The notes under the pieces: generated by a model
The model's database searches: none
What the model was told of the DNA's origin: nothing
Seen by the model: the letters and a program-made list of their open reading frames with translations, nothing else
Shown here: one piece after another, positions 19,161 to 29,133 of the stretch
Position numbering within the stretch: position 1 is the first letter of the stretch
Layout: each line of letters starts with the position of its first letter
NCBI GenBank assembly: GCA_031404815.1
Contig: JANNIH010000081.1
Location: forward strand, 1,972-65,971
DNA from: Holophagales bacterium
GTDB taxonomy: Bacteria > Acidobacteriota > Thermoanaerobaculia > Multivoradales > UBA5704
Reading direction: 5' to 3'
DNA length: 64,000 nucleotides
Made by a program: the position numbers and the translations under genes

Positions 19161-19547
19161 CTACCCCTTCGGCACCTCGCTCATCAGGTGCTGGACGCGC
19201 CCCTCGGAATCGAGGAAGACGGCGAGCCAGAGCACCCGGTCACCCAATTCGGCGACGACGTGCGGCTTTTGCCGGACCACAGCACCCCCGGCTTCGAGCG
19301 CCGCAGCCGCCCCTTTGATATCGTCGGTCAGAAAATAGACGAACGTTTCGGAAACGGTGGCGCCGCTCGATTCTTCGCTCGATAGCATCAGACGAACGCC
19401 GCCGCAGTCGAAAAACGAGAGGCCGGGCGGGGCTGAAAACAAGAACTTCAAGCCGACCACGTCGCGATAAAACGCGGTCGCGGCGTCCAGGTCCTTGACC
19501 GACCAGGCGATCTGGCCCACGGCGGTGATGTTGGGGGTGGAGGGCAT
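19161..19547 (-). CDS. VOC/glyoxalase family protein
   Basis: 'GQIAWSVKDLDAATAFYRDVVGL', 'FFDCGGVRLML', 'FLDSEG'. Confidence 0.88.
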   Translation of the reverse strand: MPSTPNITAVGQIAWSVKDLDAATAFYRDVVGLKFLFSAPPGLSFFDCGGVRLMLSSEESSGATVSETFVYFLTDDIKGAAAALEAGGAVVRQKPHVVAELGDRVLWLAVFLDSEGRVQHLMSEVPKG

Positions 19548-19679
19548 CGGCAGCTCCTTTCCGAAGGTTGGCGCTCGAACCAAGAGGGTAGGCGCCGATT
19601 CTAGGAGAACTACCCGGCGCGAAGTTTGCTTCACCGCCTACCGTCTGGCAGGATCGGCACCGTTCACGCCCACCCAAAT

Positions 19680-20492
19680 ATGAGCTTTCCCGAAACCCTC
19701 TACCGCGTGGCCAAAGGCGTTGCCAACTACCGGCGGCCGTTTTCGCTTCTCGCGCAACGCGCCCTCGGACGCGAGATCGTCCGCGTCGCCGACCGCCGCA
19801 CCGGCCTCTCCTTCCGGTGCCTTCGCGGAGCGGACCGGATGCTCGGCGAGATCTGCCATTCGCGGGTCTACGACATCGAGACCGCTCCGGTGCGGCCCGG
19901 CGACGTGGTGCTCGACGTGGGGGCCAATCACGGTTTCGCCGCATGCTGGTTCGCCTACCACGGCGCCCGGGTGTACGCCTGGGAGCCGGCGCCGCAGGTT
20001 TTTTCGCTGCTCGAACGGAACGTGGTGGACAACGGTCTCGCCGGCCGAGTGCGCGCCTTCCCCGAGGCGATCGGAGGACAGGAAGGTCGCGCGGAACTGC
20101 AGATCAGTCCGTTCCTCGGCGGGGGAACCAGCACGCTCCATCCGGAACTGGCCGCCACCTTGCCCATCACCGGACGAACCGAGGTGCGGGTGCGGTCGCT
20201 TCCCGCGGTGATCCGTGAGCTGGGCCTCGACCGGATCCGCCTGCTGAAGCTGGATTGCGAGGGGAGCGAGCTCGACATCCTGCGCTCGTTCGACCGCGAC
20301 CTGCTCGATCGGATCGATTCGTTCGCGATCGAGTATCACCCCGCGGTCTACCCGGTGTCCGATCTGATTGAAACCCTCGAAGCCGCGGGCGACCTCCACA
20401 TCTCGAAGGTGACGACCCTGGGCGTGACGAACGCGAACCTCCATGCCGTGCCGCGGCGCGTCCTCAAGGAATGGGCGGCCGAGGCGGGATAG
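19680..20492 (+). CDS. FkbM family methyltransferase
   Basis: 'VLDVGANHG', 'AWEP', 'LLKLDCEGSE'. Confidence 0.88.
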   Translation: MSFPETLYRVAKGVANYRRPFSLLAQRALGREIVRVADRRTGLSFRCLRGADRMLGEICHSRVYDIETAPVRPGDVVLDVGANHGFAACWFAYHGARVYAWEPAPQVFSLLERNVVDNGLAGRVRAFPEAIGGQEGRAELQISPFLGGGTSTLHPELAATLPITGRTEVRVRSLPAVIRELGLDRIRLLKLDCEGSELDILRSFDRDLLDRIDSFAIEYHPAVYPVSDLIETLEAAGDLHISKVTTLGVTNANLHAVPRRVLKEWAAEAG

Positions 20493-20532
20493 GGGCCCCC
20501 GCTTCCTTCTTCCTTCATGCCCGCCTTCCTTC

Positions 20533-21696
20533 ATGCCCGCCCCCACCGACTTGCCTCGCCCGCGCGACTTGGCGCTTATCTCGACCGGCCTCGACCTCGA
20601 AGGGGGCGGACGGGCGCTCGCCGGCCGGCTGCTCGCCCGAGGAGGGGCGGATTGGGCACGGGTGCGGGGCGCGCGTTTCGATGTCCTCTCCCTCGGTGAT
20701 CCCGAGCCCGGCCTGGTCGGCCCGATCCCCGGGCGGCAACGCGGATTCGGTACACGGGAGAAGGGCGCCTTCGCGCGGCTCGCCGCGGCGGTTGCGGCGC
20801 TGCAACTGCGCCCGCGGCGGCCGGCATTGATGTTCGATCTGCTCGGACCGGCGCGGATCGAGGCGCTTCTCCCCCCCGCTCTTCGGTCGCCCTATTTGAT
20901 CTGCCTCCTGGGCATTGAGGTCTGGCGCCGGCTCGAACCGGCGAGGAAGCGCGCGCTCGATGGCGCCGCGATCCGCCTCTCGATTTCGCGCTACACGCTG
21001 GCCCGGGCGCGCGAATTCCATCCCGGGCTATCCGCCGAAATCCTGCCGCTCGCGCTCGAAGAGCGCTCTCCCGCGGGGGATGCCGACCGGGCGCTGCTCG
21101 AACGGGCGGGCGACGGTTTCGCCCTGATCGCCGGACGGATGGCCGAAAGTGAGCGCTACAAGGGCCACGACGCGCTGCTCGAAGCGCTCCCCCGGGCGCC
21201 CGAGGCCCGGCTGGTGATCGCGGGCGGCGGGGACGACCGCCCCCGGCTCGAAGCGAAGGCCCGGGCGCTAGGCCTGGCCGATCGCGTACTGTTTTCCGGG
21301 TTCGTTTCCGAGGCGACGCTTGCGGCGCTCTATGATCGCTCGGCCCTGCTCGCGATGCCCAGCCGGGGAGAGGGATTCGGCCTGGTCTACCTGGAGGCGA
21401 TGCGCGCCGGCCGGCCCTGCCTCGCGGCCCGAGGAAGCGCGGCCGACGAGGTGATCGTCGACGGCGAGACCGGCCGGCTGGTCGATCCGGAAGACCGGGA
21501 GGAGATCGCGGCCTCGCTCCGGCTGCTGCTTGGCTCCCCCGAGACCGCCCGGCGGATGGGCGAAGCGGGCAGATTACGCTGGCGGCGGGAGTTCGGCTAC
21601 GCTCTGTTTCGCGACCGTCTGGCCAGCCACCTCGACCGATTGACCGGCCGGACGGACGCTCCCACCGAACCGAAGCGAGAGATTGAAGAGCGATGA
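20533..21696 (+). CDS. GT4 glycosyltransferase
   Basis: 'YKGHD' and 'PSRGEGFGLVYLEAM' (EX7E). Confidence 0.88.
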   Translation: MPAPTDLPRPRDLALISTGLDLEGGGRALAGRLLARGGADWARVRGARFDVLSLGDPEPGLVGPIPGRQRGFGTREKGAFARLAAAVAALQLRPRRPALMFDLLGPARIEALLPPALRSPYLICLLGIEVWRRLEPARKRALDGAAIRLSISRYTLARAREFHPGLSAEILPLALEERSPAGDADRALLERAGDGFALIAGRMAESERYKGHDALLEALPRAPEARLVIAGGGDDRPRLEAKARALGLADRVLFSGFVSEATLAALYDRSALLAMPSRGEGFGLVYLEAMRAGRPCLAARGSAADEVIVDGETGRLVDPEDREEIAASLRLLLGSPETARRMGEAGRLRWRREFGYALFRDRLASHLDRLTGRTDAPTEPKREIEER

Positions 21697-22532
21697 CAAC
21701 GGGGCGACAGATAGGTGCTTTGGAGGTCGAGGTCGGAACGGTGCCCTCGCCGCGCGACCTCGAATACCCTGAGTACCTGCAGTACGAGGACGGCTCGGCA
21801 GACCGGGCGGCGGCGGCGATTTCGGGTCCGCATGCGGAACCGTGGCAGAACGTGATCGCGGCCTATGAGCCGGGCAGCCAGCCGCAGCTCGAACAGTTGC
21901 TCGGCCATCCGCGGCTCGGTCCGCGGGTCCACGGCAGGGTGCTCGACCTCGCCGCCGGAACCTGCTGGGCGACCGCCCGGCTGTCGCGCGTGCCGGCGGT
22001 CGAAGAGGTGACGGCGGTCGATCTTTCGCCCTCTTTTCTCGCCGGAACCGGCAACCGGATGCTCGAAGTCTGCGCCGCGGATCGGGCCAAGGTCCGCCTG
22101 CTCGCGAGCACCTTCGAGCGGGTACCCCGCCCTGACGCGACCTACGACGCGGTGTTCTTGATCGCAGCGATCCACCATGCGCTGGCACCGATCCGGGTGT
22201 TGCGGGAAGCGTTCCGGATGCTCAAACCGACCGGTACGCTGTTCGTCTTGGAATCGCCCGCCCTGCCGTGGCAGATCGAGGCACGGCGGCGCCAGGCCGT
22301 CTCGATCTCCCGCGCGACCGGGACGACGGAGATCGCCTACACGAAGAGCGAGTTGCTCTATCTGCTCCGCTGCGGCGGCTTTGCGATCGACGAGGCCGTG
22401 CCGAGCGAAGGCCTCTCCTCCCGGCCGCTCCAGCGACTGGCGCGGCGCTCTCTCCGCATCCTGGGATTGGAAGGCGGGCTGATGAACGTCGCCTACATCT
22501 TCGCCGCTCGGCGCGATCCCGAAGCGGCTTAA
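21693..22532 (+). CDS. Class I SAM-dependent methyltransferase
   Basis: 'VLDLAAGTCW', 'AVDLS', 'YDAVF...HH'. Confidence 0.8.
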   Translation: MTTGRQIGALEVEVGTVPSPRDLEYPEYLQYEDGSADRAAAAISGPHAEPWQNVIAAYEPGSQPQLEQLLGHPRLGPRVHGRVLDLAAGTCWATARLSRVPAVEEVTAVDLSPSFLAGTGNRMLEVCAADRAKVRLLASTFERVPRPDATYDAVFLIAAIHHALAPIRVLREAFRMLKPTGTLFVLESPALPWQIEARRRQAVSISRATGTTEIAYTKSELLYLLRCGGFAIDEAVPSEGLSSRPLQRLARRSLRILGLEGGLMNVAYIFAARRDPEAA

Positions 22533-22545
22533 GGCCCGAACCTCG

Positions 22546-24366
22546 ATGTGCGGCATCCACGGTCTGTTCCGCTTCTCGTCCGAAGCTGTGCCGCTCGATC
22601 CAGAGGAGATCGCGCGGACCTCGCGCGCGCTCGCCCGGCGCGGGCCGGACGGGGAGGGAAGCTGGATCTCGCCCGATGGCCGTGTTGCCCTCGGCCACCG
22701 AAGGCTCGCGATCCTCGACCTTTCCGCGGCGGGAGCGCAGCCGATGGCCTCCGCCGACGGCTCCTGCCAAATCATTCTGAACGGCGAGATCTACAACTTC
22801 CGGCAGCTGCGGACGGAGCTGGAACGGGAAGGGCAGACGTTCCGGTCGGAAAGCGACACCGAGGTGATTCTCGCGCTCTGGCGCCGTGAACGAGAAAGGA
22901 TGCTAAGGCGCTTGCGCGGCATGTTCACGCTCGCGCTCTGGGACAACTCGACGGGGGAGTTGCTGCTCGCGCGCGACACCTTCGGGATCAAGCCGCTCTA
23001 CCTCTCGACCGAAAGGGGTACTCTCCGCTTCGCGTCGCAGGTCAAAGCGCTCGAAGCGGGCGGCGGCATCTCGCGCGAGATCGAACCGGCAGCCGTCGCG
23101 GGGTTTCTCCTTTGGGGCTCCGTCCCCGAGCCCTGGACCTTCCGCCGCGGGGTGCGGGCGCTTCCCGCGGGGACCTATCAAATCGCCCGAGAAGGGGACC
23201 CGGGGACGCCGATTCCGTTTGCCACCTCCGTCGAACCGGCAGGCTCTTTCGCCGGTCCGGCCGAGCTGCTCGCCGACTCGGTGCGCGCCCATCTGGTCTC
23301 GGACGTGCCGGTCGCGGTGTTTCTCTCCGCCGGCCTCGATTCCGGGCTGATCGCGGCGCTTGCGGCACGGGAGGCCAGGAAAAACGGCGCGCCACCGCCG
23401 CGAGCGTTCACCATCTCGTTCGATCGCCTCTCTGGCACGCCGCTCGACGAGGCGCCGCTTGCCGCCGAGGTCGCCCGCGCGCTCGACCTGCCGCACACTA
23501 CGACGAAGATCGACCGCGGCGACTTCCTCAATCTTTGGGACGATGCGCTGGCCGCGATGGACCAGCCGTCGATCGACGGATTCAACACCTTCGTGGTCGC
23601 CCGAGCCGCGCGGGGGGCCGGGATCAAAGTCGCCCTTTCTGGCTTAGGCGGCGACGAGCTGTTCGGCAGCTACCCCTCGTTTCGCGAGGTGCCGCGGCTC
23701 GCTCTCGCCGCCCCGTTCGCGCGCTTGGCGCCGCCCGAGCTTCTCGCCGCTCTCGGCCGCCGCCGCGGCCAGCCGAAGCTCGCGGCGCTCGGCCGTACCG
23801 GATCCGGGCTGGGAGGCGCTTATGCGCTCCGGCGCGGGCTGTTCCTGGCGGAAGAGCTGGCCGAGATCCTCGGGACGCCCTCGGCGGCCGAAGCTCTCGC
23901 AGCCTACGACCAAGCGGCCGAGACGAGGAGAGCTCTCGCGGACTGGCACCCAGCCAGGTCGAACAGCTGGACCGCCGTCCACCGCCTGGAAACCCGCCTC
24001 TACATGAAGAACCAGCTGCTGCGCGATTCGGATTGGGCGTCGATGGCACATTCGCTGGAGCTGCGCGTGCCGCTGGTCGACCCACAGCTCGAAGCGGGGT
24101 TTGCCGCGCTTGGCTTCGAGCCGGCCAAATCGCAAGGTAAGGCGGCTCTCGTGCGGAGCGTGGCTCCCGAGCTGCCGGCCGCCCTCTTTTCCCGGCCGAA
24201 GTCGGGTTTCTACATGCCGGTGATGGAGTGGCTCGAACCCGAACGGGCGGGCAGGGCGCGCAACCATGGCGAACAATCGCGCCAGCTGGCGCTTCGGGTG
24301 CTGGCGGCGTTCGGGGTCGAGGCCGGGGGTCGAGAAGCGGTTTCAGGTACGCGATGGCGCGCTTGA
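22546..24366 (+). CDS. asnB: Asparagine synthase (glutamine-hydrolysing)-type amidotransferase, probably acting on polysaccharide
   Basis: N-terminal MCGI, 'RGPD', 'HRRLAILD', 'NGEIYNF', 'LSAGLDS', 'SGLGGDELFGSY'. Confidence 0.9.
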   Translation: MCGIHGLFRFSSEAVPLDPEEIARTSRALARRGPDGEGSWISPDGRVALGHRRLAILDLSAAGAQPMASADGSCQIILNGEIYNFRQLRTELEREGQTFRSESDTEVILALWRRERERMLRRLRGMFTLALWDNSTGELLLARDTFGIKPLYLSTERGTLRFASQVKALEAGGGISREIEPAAVAGFLLWGSVPEPWTFRRGVRALPAGTYQIAREGDPGTPIPFATSVEPAGSFAGPAELLADSVRAHLVSDVPVAVFLSAGLDSGLIAALAAREARKNGAPPPRAFTISFDRLSGTPLDEAPLAAEVARALDLPHTTTKIDRGDFLNLWDDALAAMDQPSIDGFNTFVVARAARGAGIKVALSGLGGDELFGSYPSFREVPRLALAAPFARLAPPELLAALGRRRGQPKLAALGRTGSGLGGAYALRRGLFLAEELAEILGTPSAAEALAAYDQAAETRRALADWHPARSNSWTAVHRLETRLYMKNQLLRDSDWASMAHSLELRVPLVDPQLEAGFAALGFEPAKSQGKAALVRSVAPELPAALFSRPKSGFYMPVMEWLEPERAGRARNHGEQSRQLALRVLAAFGVEAGGREAVSGTRWRA

Positions 24367-25622
24367 GCCCGCGCGCAAAACGCTGGATCGGCTTGCTCGG
24401 CGCCTACTTCACCGCGCAGAGTCTGACCCAGCTCGCGGGCATTCTGGCCGGCGTCCTGGTCGTTCGCCATCTGTCCGTGGACGAGTTTGCGCTCTATACC
24501 CTGGCCTCTTCCGTGACCGCTCTGCTCGCCATCGCTTCCGACCTCGGGAGCACCTCCTCCCTGCTCCACTTCTACCGCGGCGCAGAAGCGCGCGGCGAGC
24601 GGTTCGCCGACTACGTGGGCGCGGTGCTCGACCTGCGCCGGACCGCTTTCGCCGTCGGCTCTCTCGCGCTGCTCGTCGCAGCCCCGTGGGTCGGCGCGGC
24701 GCGCGGGTTCGGCCGGCTCTAATCGCTCGCCGCGACGCTGATCGTCCTCGTCACGGTCTGGTGCCAGATCGGCTCGTCGATCCGCCTGGTGCTGCTCCGC
24801 CTCGCCACCCGCTATGGCGCGGCCTACCGCGCGGAGCTCGGCGGCGGCCTCTTCCGTCTGGGCGTGATCGCGCTCCTGATCGCCCTCTCCCGCCTCTCCT
24901 CGCTCGCCGCTCTAGCGGCCGGTTCGCTCGCGGCGATCCTGGCGCTCGCGCTCGCCGATTCGCCGGCCGCTCATCCAGAGCGCGGCGAGCGCGCGGCGGC
25001 ACGGCGGTCGGTCGGCCGCTACCTCCTGCCCACCCTGCCGAGCGCCCTCTACTTCGCGGTCCAAGGACCTCTGACGATCTGGCTCGCCGCGACGTTCGGC
25101 AATACTCGGAGCATCGCGGAGGTAGGCGCGCTCGGTCGGTTCGGTCTGGTCGTCGGCCTGCTCACCGGACTGTCGGGGGCGGTTCTCGTGCCCCGTCTCG
25201 CTGGCATCGCCGAACTGCGTTCGTTCGCCTTGGCCTTCCTGCGCTACGGCGCGCTGCTCATCGCTCTCGCGGCGGCGATCTTCATTTCGGCCGCGCTCGC
25301 GCCGAACGTCTTCCTCGCGATCCTCGGTCCCCACTATCGGGGGCTCCAGCACGAACTGCTGCTCTTGATCACGGGCTCTTGCTTGAGCATGCTCGGTTCC
25401 TACGTGGCAACCGTCAACCTCTCCCGCGGGTGGACCCGCCTGCAGGCCGTAGCGCTCGCCGGCGAAGTCGCCGTGCAGGCCGCATTGATCGCGACTTTGC
25501 CGCTCGCGACGACGGCCGGCGTGCTTTGGTTTCAAGTCGGCGGCGCCACCGCGGGTCTCACGTTTCAGCTCGCGGTCTTCGCACTGGGATTTCGGAGGCC
25601 CGCGTGGGTGACGTGGAGCTAA
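24354..25622 (+). pseudogene. wzx: Wzx-type polysaccharide flippase interrupted by an in-frame TAA at 24720-24722
   Basis: Track ORFs 24228-24722 and 24789-25622 are in the same frame, separated by one TAA. Read-through gives a ~422-aa multi-pass protein with a Wzx-like start ('VVRHLSVDEFALYTLA'). Confidence 0.78.
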
Positions 25623-25672
25623 CTCCGGGCCACGACCCTCTACGCGCTCTTGGATTCGGTACGATGGCTCCG

Positions 25673-26221
25673 ATGAACGAGCTACCGAAGCGGCTCAACC
25701 TCGGAAGCGGGCGGCGCAAGCGCGCCGATGCCTGGAACGTCGATCGCGTCGCGGCCGTCGAGCCCGACCTGGTTTGGGACCTCGAACGCACCCCCTATCC
25801 GCTGCCAGCCGGCCATTTCGAACGGATCTACGCGTTCGACGTCGTCGAGCACCTCGGCGACCTGGTCGCCTTTGTCGAGGAGACGCACCGGCTGCTCGCG
25901 CCGGGTGGCGTTCTCGAGATCACCACGCCGCACTACTCCTGCGCCAACTCATACACCGATCCGACCCACCTCCACCACCTGGGCTGTTTCTCGTTCGACT
26001 ACTTCACCGACCGCTCGGGCTGGAACTTCTACTCCGAAGTCCGCTTCGAGATCGCGCGTCGCCTGCTGGTCTTTCCGCCGGGCCGCCTGACCGGCCGATT
26101 CGCGCGCTGGGCGAACCGGCACCCGGAGACCTACGAGCGCCGCTGGGCCTGGATCGTCCCCGCCTGGTTCCTACACTTCGAGCTGGTCAAGGTGGCGGTC
26201 GTATCCACGGGCCCTGCATGA
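25673..26221 (+). CDS. Methyltransferase-domain protein (type 11-like)
   Basis: 'RLNLGSG', 'DLVWDL', 'DVVEHL', 'DPTH'; alternative ATG at 25664. Confidence 0.8.
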   Translation: MNELPKRLNLGSGRRKRADAWNVDRVAAVEPDLVWDLERTPYPLPAGHFERIYAFDVVEHLGDLVAFVEETHRLLAPGGVLEITTPHYSCANSYTDPTHLHHLGCFSFDYFTDRSGWNFYSEVRFEIARRLLVFPPGRLTGRFARWANRHPETYERRWAWIVPAWFLHFELVKVAVVSTGPA

Positions 26222-26228
26222 CACCCTC

Positions 26229-27320
26229 ATGAGGAAGATCCGCTGCATCAGCCCGACCTATTTCGCGGCGGAATCGGTCCTCGGAGGTGGCGAACGCTTC
26301 GCCGAAGAGCTGAGCCGAGCGCTCGCGCAGAGCGGTGCTGCCGAAGTCCGGTTCGTCAGCTTCGGCAGCCGTGCTCTGCGCGAGCGACCCGAGCCCGCTC
26401 TCGAGCGTTCGATCCTGCGCAGCTGGACTCGCGACCCGATGACTCCGTTCTCCCCTCACTTGTTTCGCGAGCTTGTCGGCGCCGACGTGATCCACTGCTT
26501 TCAGCGCAACGTGCTGCCCACCTTCCTCGCCGCCTGGTGGGGGCATCGCCACAAGGTTCCCGTCTTCGTCACGGATCTCGGCGGCGGCGGTTGGACGCCC
26601 GGCTATCAGATCGACGTCGCCCGCTGGGTCGCGGCGGAGCTGCCGATCTCGGCGTACGCCGCTGCGGACCTCGCACGGTTGGGGCGCCGCTTCGAGGTGA
26701 TTTACGGTGGAGTCGACCTCAGTCGCTACCCTCCCAGGCCGCAAGAAGAGCACAACGGGTCGGTCGTCTTCCTCGGCCGGATCTTGCCCCACAAGGGAAT
26801 ACACCTGCTGATCGAAGCCCTACCCCCGGAGGTGCCGCTACACGTTGTGGGCAGCAGTTCCGACAACGCCTATCTCGATCGCCTGCGCACTTCGGCCGTA
26901 GACAAATCGGTGCACTTTCATGGTGCGCTGAACGACGATCAGGTGATCGCCCTGCTTCAGCGCGCGATGGCGCTCGTCCATCCGACCCCCGTCGATGCGG
27001 ACGGGTCCGCCGGTGTCCGGGAGCTGTTCGGCCTCGCGCTGGTTGAGGCGATGGCCTGTGGCGCCCCGGTCATCGCAAGCCGCGCGGCGTCGCTTCCAGA
27101 GATCGTCGTCGATGGTGAAACCGGAATTCTGTTTTCGGCGAACGACCCGCTCTCGCTCGCAGCGGCGATATCGCGCTTGTCCGCCGATCCGAAGCTCTGG
27201 CACACGTTGTCTGCGGCGGCACGCCAACGGGTCGAGGCGAATTTTACCTGGCGCGCCGTAGCGGAGCGTTGCCTCGTCGCATACCGGAATGCCGGCGGGG
27301 ATCGCGAGGACCACCTCTGA
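26229..27320 (+). CDS. GT4 glycosyltransferase
   Basis: 'GRILPHKG', 'ELFGLALVEAMACG'. Confidence 0.88.
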   Translation: MRKIRCISPTYFAAESVLGGGERFAEELSRALAQSGAAEVRFVSFGSRALRERPEPALERSILRSWTRDPMTPFSPHLFRELVGADVIHCFQRNVLPTFLAAWWGHRHKVPVFVTDLGGGGWTPGYQIDVARWVAAELPISAYAAADLARLGRRFEVIYGGVDLSRYPPRPQEEHNGSVVFLGRILPHKGIHLLIEALPPEVPLHVVGSSSDNAYLDRLRTSAVDKSVHFHGALNDDQVIALLQRAMALVHPTPVDADGSAGVRELFGLALVEAMACGAPVIASRAASLPEIVVDGETGILFSANDPLSLAAAISRLSADPKLWHTLSAAARQRVEANFTWRAVAERCLVAYRNAGGDREDHL

Positions 27321-28402
27321 TGCGCGTCCTGATCGTAAGCTTCGCCCCCCTTTCGGCGCATCTGGGCGCCGCACAGATCGTGCTCCGATCCGCCGAATCG
27401 CTGTGCGCGCGAGGCCATGATGCAATCGCCTGGGCGCCACCAAGCCCCATACCTCCGGTCGCATGGTGGCGGCACCCGGAATGGCGGCGGCGCGAGCTCG
27501 AACGATTCCTCGATCGCGAAAGACCCTTCGATCTCCTGGACCTGCCTCCGGTGGCCCTCGACCGCAGGCTCGCCCGCCGGGCGCGGACGGTGGTCAGAAG
27601 CGTCCAGCCGGATTGGCTCTACTTTTGCGCCGAATGGACCGACCGGGCAAAATTTTGGGGCAATCCTCTGCGGATCGGCGCGAACCTCGCCTACGACCTG
27701 GCGCAGCAGAAAGCGGTCCGCGACGGACATCGCCTCGCCGGGCGCATTCTTTGTCTGGGCAGCCTCGAGCGCGATCGGCTCGCTGGTCGCGCCGGAATCG
27801 AGACCGAGCCCTTCTTCTACGTCATGGCACCCTCGGCCGAGGAGCAACGCGACCTCGCGGCGATTCGCGCCGCGCGCTCCCTCGGCCATCCCGATGCCGT
27901 CCGCTTTCTCTGGATCGGCCGCTGGGCGGCGCACAAGGGGACCTCTCGGTTGGTCGCGTTCCTCGACCACCGGCTGCGCGAGAGCCCGGGCGATTCCTGC
28001 ACGATCGCCGGCTGCGGTCCGGCGGCCGAGCGTGCCCTGCCCCGAGACCTGCTCGATTGCGGAAGAATCCGCATCGTGCCGTCGTTTTCGCGCGCCGAGT
28101 TGGGCGAGTTGCTCGCCGGCCACGATGCGGGTCTGTTCACCAGCGTGGCCGAAGGGTGGGGTGTCACGCTGAACGAAATGCTCGAATCTGGAATGCCCGT
28201 TTACGCCACCCGCGCGGGCGGCGTGGTCGATCTTCTGCCTTGCTTCCCGCGCGCGTTGCGGCCCTTTCCGCCACCGCCGGGGCCGCTCGACCTCGACGCA
28301 CTCGACGATCCGCTGGCGACCGGTTATTACGACCGGTTTACTTGGGATCACATCGCCCTCGCCTACGAGCGCGACATTCTCAAAGAGGGGGAGGCCCAGT
28401 GA
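27320..28402 (+). CDS. GT4 glycosyltransferase
   Basis: 'IGRWAAHKG', 'EGWGVTLNEMLESG'; ATG overlaps the upstream stop. Confidence 0.82.
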   Translation: MRVLIVSFAPLSAHLGAAQIVLRSAESLCARGHDAIAWAPPSPIPPVAWWRHPEWRRRELERFLDRERPFDLLDLPPVALDRRLARRARTVVRSVQPDWLYFCAEWTDRAKFWGNPLRIGANLAYDLAQQKAVRDGHRLAGRILCLGSLERDRLAGRAGIETEPFFYVMAPSAEEQRDLAAIRAARSLGHPDAVRFLWIGRWAAHKGTSRLVAFLDHRLRESPGDSCTIAGCGPAAERALPRDLLDCGRIRIVPSFSRAELGELLAGHDAGLFTSVAEGWGVTLNEMLESGMPVYATRAGGVVDLLPCFPRALRPFPPPPGPLDLDALDDPLATGYYDRFTWDHIALAYERDILKEGEAQ

Positions 28403-29133
28403 CCCCCGTCGATCCACCGAACGCCCGGGAGGCTTATGAGGCCTGGCATAGCACCCTGTCTCCGGTCGATGCGGAGGTACCGCCCTGGATCCGGATGGTC
28501 CGCGAGGCCCTCGATCCGGTCCGGGACCTTGATGGGCGCAGGGTGTTGGAGATCGGCTGCGGGCGCGGCGACTTTGCGCGCTGGCTGGGGGAGCGGCAGC
28601 CGCCCCTCAAGCAGCTGGTCGCGACGGATTTCGCGGTGAGCGCCGTCGCGGTCGCCCGGCGGGTCGCGCGGGAAAAGAATCTCGAAACGATCTCCTGGCA
28701 GGTCGCGGACATCGGCGCGCTCGACTTCCCCGACGCCACATTCGACACCGTCTTCTCGCTCGAAACGATCGAGCACACCCCCTCGCCGGCGCGGGCGGTG
28801 GCTGAGCTGGCCCGCGTGCTCGCCCCAGGCGGGCGGCTCTTTCTGAGCACCCCGAACTACCTGAACGCCGCGGGGCTCTATCGGATTTACCTGCGCCTCC
28901 GCGGCAGGCGGTTTCAGGAAGCGGGCCAGCCGATCAATCAGCCGATGCTACTGCCCCGCACCCGCGCGCTCGTCCGCCGGGCTGGTCTGCGGGTGCTCAA
29001 AGTTGACGCCGTCGGCCATCCCCTCCCCTGGCCCGGCGGCGCCTTCGAGTTGGGATGGATGGAGCGCCTGCGCCCCTGGAGCCGTTGGTTCGGAGTCCAG
29101 TCGATCGTGATCGCGGAGAAGAGCGGCCGATGA
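28399..29133 (+). CDS. Class I SAM-dependent methyltransferase
   Basis: 'VLEIGCGRG', 'FDTVFSLETIEH', 'LAPGGRL'; GTGA overlap. Confidence 0.85.
   Translation: MTPVDPPNAREAYEAWHSTLSPVDAEVPPWIRMVREALDPVRDLDGRRVLEIGCGRGDFARWLGERQPPLKQLVATDFAVSAVAVARRVAREKNLETISWQVADIGALDFPDATFDTVFSLETIEHTPSPARAVAELARVLAPGGRLFLSTPNYLNAAGLYRIYLRLRGRRFQEAGQPINQPMLLPRTRALVRRAGLRVLKVDAVGHPLPWPGGAFELGWMERLRPWSRWFGVQSIVIAEKSGR

Noticed and set aside
19548-19679. ops/JUMPstart antitermination element ahead of the polysaccharide locus
   Set aside because: No GGCGGTAG-type element on the coding strand; only a weak TTGCTT-N17-CAGGAT promoter-like match.
24720-24722. Alternative genetic code or TAA recoding to explain the wzx stop
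   Set aside because: TAA is a normal terminator elsewhere in the window (13700-13702, 22530-22532, 25620-25622, 56682-56684).
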